The notes under the pieces are model-generated. The model worked only from the letters and a program-made list of their open reading frames with translations. It was not told the DNA's origin and searched no databases. Positions 50,979-63,900 of a stretch of 64,000 bases of DNA are shown here, piece after piece. Origin of the DNA: Azolla caroliniana. Taxonomy: Eukaryota > Plantae > Polypodiophyta. The DNA is taken from the NCBI GenBank assembly GCA_043228905.1, contig JBHGNT010000018.1, positions 9,300,001 through 9,364,000 of the forward strand, given 5' to 3'. Both the position numbers and the translations under genes were made by a program. Position 1 is the stretch's first letter, and each line of letters opens with the position of its first letter.

Positions 50979-53114
50979 CTAGAGATGTGGTATGGTGAAG
51001 AGTTCGGAGAGCAGAGATGTCGAGGTCACATACATCGAGAGCGCCTGAATCATATTCGGAGTGCCGAGAGGAGTAGAGAGAGGTGTCTCAACGGTGGAGG
51101 TGTCAGTTGTGCCTGGGCTGAGGGCGTGCTTGAGGGTAGCTTTGGTCATACGGAGTTGGGTCATTTCCTTCTCGAGTTCGGCGCACTGGCGGCGGTGTTT
51201 GATGAGGAGGCATTGATTCCGTTCGTTGGAGACCTCCACTTGTTGAACCATAGCGTCATGTTCAGCTTTGAGGGTTGCGATCTCGCTCCTGAGGCTATGA
51301 TTTGTGGTCGTGGCGTTGGTCAGAGCCTCAGACCGTGCGGAGAGGTCATCCATCATCGTTGCGAGGTGTGTTTCCGTCTGTTGGTGTTGTGAGGTGAGAC
51401 GTACGTACTTGGCAGAGAGTTCGGCGTGTGTTTGCGTCGTGCGTTCCTGTTCATGGTGCCACATTGTCCGGGCTTGGTGGAACTCATCGACGAGTTCTTG
51501 GTGTCGAATTCGTTCAGCAAGCATCTCTTTCTTGAGGAGGTCGTGGGTGGCGGCTTGGCATGCGTTGGTATGGTGGGCGTTCCTCACTTCAGTAGCCAAG
51601 ACCTCATTCCTTGTAGAGGCCTCCTACTGGACAGTGGCGGTCTATTGGGCCTGCGCTTGGAGTTGGAGTAGGCGGCGATTCATGACAGAAGTCATCTTGA
51701 GGATGTGTGCCACCATGTCAGCTAAGGGTTTGGTGGGGGTGGCGGGAGTTCGGTTAGGGCGGGCGGTCGTGGCAGTGGATGGGTTAGAGCGGGGAACATA
51801 GGCCGGTAGGGATGTTGGTGGGGATGTCATCTGGGTGGGATCAAGGGTGGGTTGAGAGGTGACGACTGGACTTGGGGACAGTGGTGGGTTGGGGTTCTCG
51901 GGAGGAAGAAAGGGGGTTTTGGCTTCAGGGGCGTTGTGGCGGGCTAGCTTACGAGGTCGAGGTTGGTGGCTGGGTGCTTGTGCTAGGGGAGGCATGTGGG
52001 GATTCTCTGAGGCGAGAGGTCGGCGAGGCTAGGAGTGGTGGGGCTGTCGGTGTCCGTAGGTCACGAAGGATTGATTCGGTGGTGTAGCTGCGGGTACGAG
52101 GGGTCGTGGCCATGGTCTGATGAGACAAGTAGTGGAATGTAGTAGACAATTCCTGGATTTCAGTGGGGCGGAATTCGTGTGTCTGGAATTCTTTGACACG
52201 ATTTGTGATATCCTCAGGTGTATCGAGGGTATCTTCAGCCGTCACATGGGTGATTTGGGGTTGTTTGTGCGTTGGTAGGTGTTCATGTTCGCCTTGGTGT
52301 TCCTGTCTTAAGAAGTCATGTTCTAGGATGCGGAGCCGCTCGGGTTGACTTGGTACATTTATCTTGCAGTGTCGTTCCTCGTAGTATATGAAGGAAGGGG
52401 TTGGAGGGCCAATGTTGAACTTTGCGCACATGTAACGAGTGAGGAACCACGTGAAATTGGCTACCGATTTGGGCCGTGTTTGCCATTCCCGGACCTGTAG
52501 AATGAGTTCGTAAGCCCACTGGACCGGTTGAGCATCGTGTGCCCACTTGAGGAACTCGCTAGTGATGTGGGCGATGGCGTTGGTAGAGGTGGTGTCACCG
52601 ATCTGGGCGATCGTGCTACAACGGTTGTGGAGGTGAGGGGGGATTTCGGTGTAACACCAACCTTCGCGTACAGAATATTCGGTGTAGGCGGCGGGGATGA
52701 TGCTGGGGATGATGCTGGGGATGATGCTAGGGGTCTTCATGGTGCGGAAGGGAATTCCATCCGCCAACAAATGCAACGTAGTGCAAACGTCGGCGACGGT
52801 AAATTGGAATTTGACAGAGGTGGTATCTGCGAAGGCGTCCATACTAACGTGGCCGGTATCAGGGTTGTATCCTGCGAGGAACCGGTTGACCAACTCTGGA
52901 AGTACACCCCACAGGCTAATCCTCAGGAAGAAGTTGAGGCTGAGTCGGGAAAGGGTGTCGAACACGTCGGGCTCGAGGTTCTTGAGCTGCGTGGCGGCCA
53001 TGGGTACCTGTAAGTACATCGAGTGTTGTTGAACTCAGCTGGAATGACCAAGGAACCACAGCCGGCGTCGGGGTAGTACGTGTGGAGGAGCTTGGTGAAT
53101 GGAGTCGACGCCAT
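50979..53114 (-). pseudogene. Sense-strand extra ORF of the Athila-like element (env-position; plant-transposon-protein-like N-terminus, coiled-coil C-terminus), frameshifted
   Basis: ORFs 51949-53019, 51642-51995 and 50979-51599; LPELVNRFLAGY...FTVADVCTTLHL resembles PMD/Transposase_32-like domains (by eye); candidate splice acceptors near 53009 and 53125. Confidence 0.6.
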
Positions 53115-53339
53115 TGATTATAACCTATTGGGAAAAGGATTAGTATAGTTAAATGGGGTGTACCAATTCTTACGTGCCTTGACCCTTGTCTACCACGATA
53201 TGTTATTGACCTATTGACATGAATGATTTATTGTGACTAGGTATAGTTAGTAGAATTGAACGTAGGATGGGGGGTTTGGAGGGGTAGCGGTATTTGGATT
53301 TATTTGGGAAAGGGATTGATGGTTTAGTGTTTGAACTCT

Positions 53340-54460
53340 CTCTGTGAACCGGTGGTGAGGGGTTCGAGGAGTAAGGCTCTTTGTGCTAGGGGAAGGGGTT
53401 CGAGGGGTAAGGGGTTCGAAGAGAACCTCTCCTCGAATCGGCACGGGGTTCGAGGAGGAAGGCTCTTCGAACTAGGGGAAGGGATTCGAGGAGAATCTCT
53501 CCTCGAACCGGTGATGAGGGGAAGTCTCCTCGAACTAGGAAGAGGGGTTCGAGGGGTAAGGGGTTCGAAAGGAAACTCTCCTCGAACCGACGGTTAAGGG
53601 TTCAAGGAGTAAGTCTCCTCGAACCGGGGGGAGGGTTCTAGGCGTAAGTCTCCTCGAAGTGGGGGGAAGGGGTTCGAGGAGTAAGGGTTCGAAGAGGACC
53701 TCTCCTTGAACCGGTGGGGGGGGGGGGGTGGTTCGAGGAGTAAGGGGTTCTAAGAGAACCTCTCCTCGAACCGGTGCGGAGGGGTTCAAGGAGTAAGGGG
53801 TTCGAAGAGAACCTCTCCTCGAATCGGTGGGGAGAGGTTTGAGGAGTAGGTTACCTCGAACCGGGGGGAGGGGGTTCGAGGAGTAAGGGGTTCAAAGAGA
53901 ACCTCTCCTCGAACCGGTGGGGAGGGGTTCGAGGAGTATGTCTCCTTGAACTGGGGGGAGGGGTTTGAGGAGTAAGGGGTTTGAAGAGAACCTCTCCTTG
54001 AACCGGTGGGGAGGGGTTCGAGGCGATGTCAAGATTCGAACTCTTGACACGACCATGTTATAATCTAGTATTATGAGTTAACAAAGATATCTAGTACATA
54101 GTTATGTATGTAATTGGTCCTTATTATTTTGCTAGCATCATGTGCATAGTTGCTCTCTTGTAGTATTTACACTTGGCACATGCATGCATACCTACATGCT
54201 CTATTGTAGATTCACATGCGTGCAACAAGTGTGCATGCCATGTAGTATAAATAGAGGAGTTCACCTTGAAGGAATTCAAGGTGAACAACACCAGTTATGG
54301 AGTCTTTCCTTTAATACTATCTTCTTTCTTCTCAATTTGGTTATCTTCTTGCTTGTCTCTTCAGCTTATAATCCGTGACAGGCGAAGTCTCCTCGAACCG
54401 AGGGAAGGGGTTTGAGGAGTCAGGGGTTCGAAGAGAGCCTCTCCTCGAACCGGTGGGGAG
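53340..54460. repeat. Imperfect G-rich tandem repeat (ggggttcgaggagtaag...tctcctcgaaccgg) between pol and the extra ORF
   Basis: Many ~35-50-bp units, each with an internal gttcgagg/cctcgaac inverted motif; interrupted by a solo LTR. Confidence 0.85.
54027..54380. mobile_element. Solo LTR, 354 bp
   Basis: TGTCA...TGACA termini; 5-bp TSD GGCGA on both sides; TATA-like gtataaata. Confidence 0.88.
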
Positions 54461-55808
54461 GGAAGGCGACGAGGCCGCGCGTGAAGCGGAACGATAACCA
54501 CCAGCAACAGGAGGCGGCGAGAACGACGTGGCAGCCATCGTGGCCGCCACAGGAGGAGGTTAAGAGCATGGTTGTGTCGGGGACTGAGGACGCAGGAGGA
54601 AAAAATGATGAAACACAGCAATCAACAACATATGATTAGACCTATAGGAGGAAGAGGCGACAATGACTAGATGTGACACGCAGGAGGCGAGGAGGAGGAA
54701 AATGGATGTAAATGAAGGTAGGTAGCTCACAACGCACGACTCAAAAACGAATAAAAAACTGAGTATGAGACCTCCCCGAGGAGGAGGTAGTGGTTAGAAG
54801 CAACACACAAAAGGTGAGGTGGAGGGTGAATGATCGTAGAACGAAGGTAGGTAGCATGCAACACACAGGGAAGAGGAAGAACGGTGCAGAAAACAGAGAG
54901 GGTCGTGAGGGGAAAGGAGGAAAAAGAAAGAGTTGTGAGGGAGAGAGAGGTGAGGAGGAGAAAACAACCAAACAAAAGAGAAGAAAAACACACACAATAA
55001 GACTACCATAAAAAACAACAAAAAAAAACAAAAACAAAACAAAGGAAATAAAACAAAAGCAAAGAGAAAAAAACAAATCGAGACGACTATAAAAAACAAA
55101 TGATCGAAAAAGAAAACAAAAGAAAGGAAATAAAACAAAAGCAAAGAATAAAATAAACCGAGATGACTATAAAAAACAAACGATCGAAAACGAAAACAAA
55201 ACAAAAGAAATAAAGAAATTGAGACTACCATGTGACATAATACAAAAAAGAACGAGCTGAACCAAAAATAGATCGACCACAAGTAAAAATAATCGACCAT
55301 GGGGCCCCTAACAATAAAGGGTAACTCGAAGATCGGAACTACTGATACGTAGACCGATGGGAGTGTTATTGTCTAGTAGGCGTGGTACAAAGGTCAAGGG
55401 CGAAGACGGGTCGAGTAGTTCACGATCGGGATGGCATAAGGTAGGAGGCGGGTTTTAAAGAATGTGGGGCGGGCCAAGGTTTATATGCGGACGGTAGAGT
55501 TCGACGGGGGTCCACCGGGGGTTTTGTGAGAGTTTGGGGAAATTAGGAGTTTTTGGGAGGACTTAAGGGGGTGGATGTGGGGGGTGTGTTGTTTGAGGGT
55601 CTTTGTATATTTTTGAGGACCCAGACTTGTGACATCTTTGTCGAAGGGATGGGGAGGGCTTGTGAAGTACTTTTATGGGGCGTTTGGCCTCCTAGTTGTT
55701 TAGTCCTGTCGAGTTCTATGGCCTTAACCTAGCAGGGTATTTGACCGATGTGCACAGTTGTCGGGTGTCCTGTGTAGTCGTGGTACGGTCGCGAGTGGGG
55801 AGCCGACT

Positions 55809-56700
55809 TCATTTCGGGACCCAAAAGCTAGTGGCGCCTTCGTGCCAACCTTGGGCATTTGTGAGTGCTTTTGTGACTCGCCAAATAGCACGTTCTCCGC
55901 GGTGTGGTCCTTCAGCGAAAATCGCGTGGATGTTCACCCATTTGCGTGGTGCGGGTGTCTTTGTTCTGATGTTAGCGTTGCTCTGCTCATGGATGGCTGG
56001 TGGTTGTGCGCGTTCTTTTTGGTTGGGCGGTTTCGCGCTTTGGAGTTCGTCGAGATCAGTGGGAAGTGATTTGAGTGTTGTTGCAACGAGTTTCTCGGAC
56101 CTCACCCCATTTTCCATTTGGAAGGAGAGGATGTTCTTGCTTGGCGACAAGAGGCATTCGCTTATGTGACACCAATCCAAACCAAGGAGGCATTGGGTGT
56201 ACATCACTTCCGGTGGGAGTACCCGAACTCGGATTGAGTGGTTGTTGTATTCTATCTTGATGTTACACACGAAGGTTCCGAGGCAACATGATGTGGAACC
56301 ATCAAAGCCACGGAAGTTGTCGTTGCATACTTCGAGGTTTGGGCGACCTAGACGTCCCCATGTTTCGAAGGAGAAAAGGGTTAGTGATGCTCCGGTGTCG
56401 ATTACCGCCGTTAAAGGTACGTCATTGGCGAAGCATGGTAGTTGTGTTGTCCCGTCATTAGAGTTGACCACCTTAGCCATGGCTGCCGGGTGGGTGTCCC
56501 CTTGTCCTTTCAATTTCGCTTGCGCATTGCGAAGGTCGGTTTCTAGTCGGGCCATTCGGCCTTCGGATGCCTTAGGTATGGCTTCTACTTCTCGTTGCCG
56601 ATCCGTGAGTAGGGCTTCGAGGGTGAGGGGTCCGTAGTAATGTTTGAGCTTGCTCGCATTGATGAATCCTGGGATGTTGAGGCCTTTGAGCGTGCGTATT
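55809..56700 (-). pseudogene. Integrase C-terminal extension containing a second retropepsin-like aspartic protease
   Basis: In frame: INASKLKHYYGPLTLE...MARLETDLRNAQ...LTAVIDTGASLTLFS...FRGFDGSTSCCLG...CLLGLDWC...WVPK*. Confidence 0.8.
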
Positions 56701-59700
56701 CGACATGCTCATGTCTTAGTAATATCTGAGACCACATATGAGCCTTCACCACGTAATTTGAGCTTCTTTCTGTGCCGTTGAGAGGAGAATTTGAGAGCCA
56801 TGTCTCCTTCGGCGAGGTCTTTATCTCTTACTTTGTTGTCGTGCCACGCCATTCTATTGGCTTTCTCTATCAAGAGTACTTGGAATGCGAGTTTCGGTCA
56901 ACCATTCTAGGTTCTCTAGGTGTGACGGGAAGGGGTCCCCATCCCATCGTTCTTGTACGGCTATCCTGAGGCTGGGGACAAGGAACTCGATGGGCAGTCC
57001 CGCTTCTTGTCCATATACTAGTTTGAATGGCGTGTGTGAGTTGCGACTTTGTAGGAAGTACGGAAAGCCCACAATGCCGCTTGGAGTTTGGTTCTCCAAT
57101 CAGACCGCAAAGCGGCGATTATCTTTGTGAGCACTGCGCATAACACCTTATTCGTGCTTTACTCTTGTCCGTTGCACCAAGGGTAATAAGGGGAGCTCTT
57201 GCGGTGTGTCACCATAAATTCGCCTAGTAGATGTGCTATCACTTCGTTGAGGAATGGGAGCCTAGATCGCTAATGATCTCGAGCGGACATCCAAACCGTG
57301 ATATGACATTTTCGTATAGGAATTTGGCGGTGCTACATGCGTCGACATTAACACAAGCTTTAGCTTCCACCCACTTGGTAGTGTAGTCAGTGGCAGTTAT
57401 TATGTATCGATTGAGGTTGGAAGTTGGGCTGATTGGGCGATAATGTCGATACCCCATTTCTCGAACGGTTGCCACGCCACCACCGGGTTTAATGTGTTGA
57501 AATCCGCTTTTAACAGATGTTTGAAATGCTGGCACTCATCACATCGGTGTACATACTCATACGTGTCTTTGAATAGTGTTGGCCACCATAGGTCGGACTG
57601 GACGATCTTGCGTGCGGTGACTTCGTGGTTGAAATGACCACTTCTGCTTCCGCAATGAGCTTGTTTGAGGATGGCGACGACATCATGGTCCGGTACACAC
57701 CTCCGAAGTACATCATCATTGCCTCTTCGATACAAGTTGCCTCTGAGCATTGTGAAGGGGCCACATTTCCTTAACAAGACACATGCATGTGCCCGACTTA
57801 GTTGGTTTAGGAAAAATGGCCCTTCAGTTAAGACGCGAATGATGTCTAAAGCCCATGATGGTACGATGTCGATCGGGAATAATGTTGCATCTAGCGTTTC
57901 GTCATCAACCCTCGTGGCTTCTTCTCCGTTTGGTATTCGGGAGAAATGATCGGTGAGTACATGGTCTTTTGCTTTTCTCACCACCACCTTGAAGTCGAAC
58001 TTGAGTAACATTATGATCCATCGGGATATGCGTCCTGTGGCGTGAGTTTTGTTGACCAAGTAGAGGAGGGCTTGATGATCTGCAAAAAATGACAAACATG
58101 ATGCCAAGAGGTAATGTCAGAACTTTTTCGCGCTGTAAACCATGGCCAAAGCTTCTTGTTCCGTCGTGGAGTAATTTCGTTTCGCGTCGTTCAGTTGACG
58201 ACTAGCAAAGATGATTGGTAGGTCGAGTGCCCCTTCGCCGGGTTGAGCTAGCACTGCACCAATCGCAAAGGCGGAGGCATCGGTGTGAACGTGGAATTCT
58301 TTGGTCTAGTCTAGGGATCGGAGGATGGGGGGGCTTAGTTAGGCACTCTTTCAGGAGCTTGAACGAGCGGGTGCACTCTTCCGTCCAAGTGTACTGCTTT
58401 AGCAAGGCGTAGAGTGGTATGGCCTTGTCCGCGAACACCTTGATGAAGCGTCTATAGGAACCCGTGTACCCCATGAACCCTTGTAGTTGTTTCTTGTTCG
58501 CGGGAGGTGGAATGTCCAGGATGAGCTTTACTTTTGCATCATTTGTTGAGATCCCATGTCGGGACACAACATGACCTAATATGAGTCCGTGTTTGACCCA
58601 GAATTGGCACTTGAGGGGGTTGGGGGAGAGTTGATAGTCTCTGCACTTTTCGAACGTCAAGCGGAGTAGCGCCAGGTGGTCATGCCATTTCTAATGGCAA
58701 CACAAATCCTCGACATAGGACTCCGCCCCTTGTCCTAACCTTGTTGCAAAGATGTGGTCCACTGCCCGTGGATAGGTGCTCAGGGCATTTGTGAGCCCGA
58801 AAGGCATCTGCTTATATGCAAACGTACCAAATTCAATGGCAAAGGTTGTCTTGTGTTGATCCTCGGGTACCATCGAGATTTGGTTGTACCACGAGAAACC
58901 ATCGATGGAGCTATAGGCTTCTACTCCCGCGATTCTTTCGGGTAAGTGCTCGATGTAGGGTACCGGGTAGTTGTCTTTGATGGTGGCTTCGTTGACTTGG
59001 CGGTAGTTTACACATATGCGGATTTGGCCATTCTTCTTCGGGAGGACTACGATCGGGGAGACCCAAGTTGTTTGTTCGATCGGGTAGATGATGCCCGTGT
59101 CTAGCATTTTATTGATCTCGGCTTTTACTTGTTGACTGTCGTTGGGGTTCATTGGGCGTGGTCTTTGTCGGATTGGACGAGCGTCGGTTCACATGGGAAT
59201 GCTATGGGTGACGACTTTGGCCGGGACACCTTTCATATCTACATACGACCATGCGAACACGTCGCTAAATTCTGTGAGGAGGTTGATCAAAGATGTTTTC
59301 TTGTCCGGTTGGAGATCTGTGCCGATGAACACTAGTTTGGGGTCCATCCCATTTCCGAGATTCATTTCCTTAATTCTCGCTGGTCTGTCGCATGCCTCGC
59401 CTAGGATGTAAGGGGTGCGTTGTAGTCTCTTACAGGCCACCACCCTACTCCCTTGTTCATAGAGTTTGAATTGCTCTAGGAATTCCACCTCCGTCGGGGT
59501 CTTCCGCGTGGTTGTATCCCCTTCCTGGCACGCAATTCGTTGTGCAAGGTCTTCGTCTTTTACATCTACTGGTTTTTGCTGGGGTACGAGGGTGGTGACA
59601 TTAAAACACAAGATCATGTCTCCATCCTCATCATGACACTTTGTACCAATGGGGTACATTGCATCGGTCGTGGCGAGAGCGTGCACCCAATTCATCTCTA

Positions 59701-62700
59701 ACGCATCTGACGCTACGGATTGGTCTTCTCGCGCATTCCCTGCCCTAGGATTAATGGATTTTTGGGGAAACAGTTGACCTCTAGCCAAGATTTGAATTGG
59801 CTTTGTGGGGTAACATGCTAGGAGGTTGGTCTCGAAATCAGTGGTTTCCAACCAGTCGTCCACTAGGGGGCTGCCTTCTTGTTTGTGGACTTTTTGTGTG
59901 TATGCTTTGATGCGAAAGGTTTTGTTGTTTTTACGCATATAGATTGTATCGTTCTCGAAATCCATCACAAGGCGGCTTAGACGTAGGAATGGTCTCCCTA
60001 GTAAACACTCGTAAGCCACATGATTGGATGATCTTGTGACAACGAAGGTGAGATTGAATGCGACCCCGTGGATAGTGAAGTGGTGCGCAGGGATCATGCC
60101 TTCTGGTCGTTGGATGGACCCATCGGCCATTCGGAGTTTGACGTCCGAAGGAAGCATTTTTGGGCTTCGCCACTTACACCAACATTCATAGCTGACTATA
60201 CTTACCCATGCTCCGGTGTCAATGATCGTGTCACAAGTCATGCCATTGACGCAGATGGGGAGAGTGAAACCAGTATCATCGCTTTCGAAGTGAGCTTCAC
60301 ATATATCCACCGGCGTTCGTTCGGTTTGTTTGGGGACTGTGATCATAAGAGGAATGTGGGTGTGTATCTTTTCTCCATAACTTGCTGATAGGCCTCCGTT
60401 GAGGTGGCGAAGGACATCGTGCCATGGTTGGATGTCGAGTTTGAGCAGCTCTTCGAGTGTGAACTCTATTTCCTTGGCGAGTATAGGTTGTAGGTGGGGG
60501 TTGTCGGTCACGAAGGTGCCGGTGTAGCTCTGACTTCACGTAATGTGAGTCATAATTTTAAATTTAATAATTGTTGGAGCAGAGTTGTGTTGACCTCTTT
60601 GATTTGGGTAGATTGGGAGATGGGGGTGTCGGTTGGTGTTACAACGAGGGGGGGGGGGGGTGTATCCGTGTGTTGGGGTGGAGGATTTACCCATTTTTCG
60701 AGCTGGTCGAAGTTTAGGCTTGGGAGACTAAGCGATCTTTCGTACTGTTCGTGTCGTATGAGTTTGATGTACTCTTCGACCTTTTGTTTTTCAGCCACTA
60801 GGTGTGGGTATGCTGCTAGGTGGGCCGACAAGTCTCGGTTAGGGTCAAGACGAGTATTGTTTCTACGTCTCTCTCCAGTTCTTGATCTTGCTTTGAGGTC
60901 TGCGTGGATGCATTTTTTTGGGATTTTCGTCTCTTACGCATAGTCGCGGTGAGGCCTTGGTCATGATATTTTAAGTTATGAGCTACTCTTTGAGCTCGTG
61001 TGATGATGTTGGTGCCAACCGTTCATGGTACGATAGATAACAGATTTGCGCCAATCTTTTTCTTTTTTTCTGGGAGATCAGGTACTAAGTGATCTTTGCC
61101 ACACCCTGGGCACGATGATTCTCTTTGGAACCACTCGATAAGGTCTTGTGACTGTTGGGTGAGACTTTGCACCGATGGTTGTGGGGGTGTTTCGAGTGAG
61201 AGGTGTCGTGGTCGTTGTGCCATCCGGTTGTAGTATTCATGTTTGGTTGGGCAGTCGCTAACCATATGCGAGCCTTGGCAATTGAATCATTTCAATTCTG
61301 ACCTCCTTAGACCATTATTGTTGCGATATCCCATCGACAGCCCCCATTGTTCCCCTCTCAAGACGTACACCGGTATTTGGTCACCTTCGAATTCTACAAA
61401 GTGGGAAAACACCTCTTCTTCAACACCATACTCTCAGTATGAGTCTTCGTATTCAGGAGCATTCCCCCCGACCTGGGTTTGGTTATCAGTGCTATATTCT
61501 AGTTCGGCAAGGCGAGTGCGGATGCGCGGTAGTGGGGGTTGTTGGGGAAGTATTGTTGGTAGTTGTGGGCGGCTAAGCGGTGGAGCTGAGTGTGGGTGTT
61601 CCACCATTGGTGTTTGGCTATACCTTCCGTTTGGGGCTTGCCAATAGTTCTCTTGAGGAGGGGGCACTCATGCCCCGTGTGATGGCCATGGCATACTGTA
61701 CACCTTACATTTTCTCGTTGGGCATAAGCTTGGGGTCTTTCTATACGGGGTGGTCTCATATAGAAAGAGGGTTTCTCACGGTTGTTCATAGGCACTTGAG
61801 TGGGTATCCGTAACCCGCTCATTGAATCTTCGAAAGTCATCACTACCGTGCAAGCTTCAGCGAACAACCGACACATCCTGGCAATCAGGAAATTTTGGAG
61901 CGTCGGATCGAACAACCCATTGATGAAGTGGCTCATCGATTTGTCATCCAACAACTTGTCGCTCGAGCTACAACGATGGTGCAGGCTTTTCGTGTGGCAT
62001 ATGTAGTCCCTGACAGTCTCATTCGCTTCTTGCTTGAGGGCGAAAAGTTGGTCGATTGGGTTCCCTTTATTCCCTCGACTAGCGAAGTTTATCAGGAAAT
62101 CGTCGATGACATACTCGAAGTCCGCAACGATGTCCTCATTCAAGGTTCTAAACAAAATTCCGGCTTGTTCATCGAGTGTAAGTCCAAATGTGGCTACTTT
62201 GGTAGTCTCTGTGAGGGGCTCATAAGTGTGACAGATATGCTTGAACCTCTCGACGTGATCATAGGCGTCACCAAAACCGAGAAAACGGGGCACTAGTTTA
62301 GAAATGGAAGCACTCTTCCCGTTGTCGTTTGTAGGGTTTCTCGAATGGTCTGTGGGCGCTCGCTCTTTTTCCATCAATGCCATGAGGGTTTGGGTGGATT
62401 GTAATTCTAGTGCGAGTTCGGCGTTTGGGGGTGTCGAGGCAGTTTGGTCGGGTGTAGGGGTCGTGTCCATACATGGTGGTGTCGGATGTCGTTGCATGCG
62501 GGCTTCGTGTGGACTATCGCCCGTTGTGCTCAAATGTGGTGTGGGGCTGAGCTCACGGCCTCGACAGTGTGTATGTGACGATGCTTCTAGGAGGTGAAGT
62601 TTTTGTTGAACTCGTGCGAATCTGTCTTTCTTTTCTCCCAAAGCGGCTTTGATATCTCGGGTGATGCTTTCCGGCTGTCCTCCTTTCACGAGTTGCATCA

Positions 62701-62998
62701 TCCATATATTGATTTCTTGTTCTATTACACGTAACTCTTGTGTGGCATCCCGTATGTGTTGTTCTACGTTGAGCGGGTCTGCCATTGGGCTCTCCTGTAG
62801 TGGGGGTGTGTTGAAAGGTGCTTTAGTTACTGGGCTCAATGGGAGGTTCATGTTTGGTAGCATCCCCGGAGTTAACCACCCTTCGTGGTATCGAGTCAGG
62901 TTAGATGGGTCAGCATCGTGCATTTGGTTGGTTTGGGTGGACTCCTCCAGGCGTGTGCGTCGGGTTTTGAACATCTCTATCCATGAGGATCCGACCAT
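56700..62998 (-). pseudogene. Athila-like gag-pol (gag, protease, RT, RNase H, integrase) with stops and frameshifts
   Basis: gag PRFLGFGDAYDHVERF and CTVCHGHHTGHEC; protease IIDTGAWVSIVS; RT WVSPIVVLPKKNGQIRICVNYR, DQHKTTF, MPFGLTNA, YVEDL; RNase H DHQALLYL; integrase GHF..CDEC, FEKWGID, DYTTKWVEA, LEIISDLG. Confidence 0.92.
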
Positions 62999-63024
62999 GT
63001 TCTCTTGACATCAAGCCTTGCGGG

Positions 63025-63310
63025 TTCGTCGAAAGATGAGGGTTTGGCAAACTTTGACCTTTCATCGAAAGATGTAGGTTCGTCGAAAGATGTGGGTTTG
63101 GCAAACTTTGATCTTTCGTCGAAGGATGCAGGTTCGTTGAAAGATGATCTTTCATCAAAAGATGTGGGTTTGGCATACTCTAATCTTTCGTCGAAAGATG
63201 TGGGTTCATCGAAAGATGAGGGTTTGACAAACTTTGACCTTTCATCGAAAGATGTGGGTTCGTCGAAAGATGCGGGTTTGGCAAACTTTGATCTTTCGTC
63301 AAAGGAGGCT
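63025..63310 (-). repeat. 54-bp tandem repeat (about 5 copies) upstream of gag, readable as 18-aa FDEPTSFDERSKFAKPSS units
   Basis: tcgaaagatg..ggtttggcaaactttga.ctttc repeated. Confidence 0.88.
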
Positions 63311-63764
63311 TCCCTTATCGAACTCTGATCTTTCAACAAACTTTGAGTGGGAAATTTGAATTTGTTGGCGCCAACGGCCATTTCGTGTCCCGTAGGATGA
63401 TTGTAATCAGCGAGAATCGCGGTGATTATTCTTGCCCTGCAACAACTAAATCTCAACAATCCTTAGCTATAACCAGACGAATAGCTTGCTAATGTCCGGG
63501 CGATTAAGGAAAGGGCAAATTAAAACTACAAAATAGAAATTTAACTTAATTAAAATGTGAAATAATGAGCATAAAAAACAGAAATTTAACTTAATTAAAA
63601 TGTGAAATAGTGGGCATAAAAAATAAAAAATAAACTTAATTAAAATGTGGAATAGCAAGCCTTTTAATTAACACAAATAGTGGTTTCCTTTCTATTTCTT
63701 CCCTCATTAAGTGGGTTGCCTATGAGTGTTTGACCACTCGAAATCGGCTTCAAGCATCTGTAGT

Positions 63765-63783
63765 ATCCCTGGCAGCAGCGCCA
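63765..63783 (-). promoter_or_regulatory. PBS complementary to tRNA-Asp (Athila type)
   Basis: TGGCGCTGCTGCCAGGGAT versus consensus TGGCGCCGTTGCCGGGGAT; 8 bp from the LTR end at 63792. Confidence 0.8.
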
Positions 63784-63791
63784 AATAGAGG

Positions 63792-63900
63792 TGTAAGATC
63801 TATGTATCGATGGAGTTAACTCCTCGATGTCGTTTACGGAGTTCGGGCCGGCGTATACCCTTTTGATGGCGAATCGGGCGAAGATGGTTGTCGACTACCT
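63792..63900 (-). repeat. Remnant (U5 end) of the 5' LTR of the Athila-like element
   Basis: tgtaagatctatgtatcgatggagttaactcctcgatg... matches 41896-42003. Confidence 0.85.

Larger units (their letters stand above)
41896..63900 (-). mobile_element. Athila-like (non-chromovirus) Ty3/Gypsy with extra 3' ORFs, decayed, with nested insertions
   Basis: LTR homology between 41896-42003 and 63792-63900; tRNA-Asp-like PBS TGGCGCTGCTGCCAGGGAT at 63765-63783; PPT-like ATGGGGGA next to 42475; domain order gag-PR-RT-RH-INT. Confidence 0.85.

Noticed and set aside
54727-55300. Phe-rich transmembrane-looking ORFs (env candidate)
   Set aside because: Low-complexity (AAAC)n/(TTTG)n tract open in several frames.
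63364-63382. TGGCGCCAAC PBS-like motif
   Set aside because: Not adjacent to an LTR end; a short palindrome that can arise by chance.
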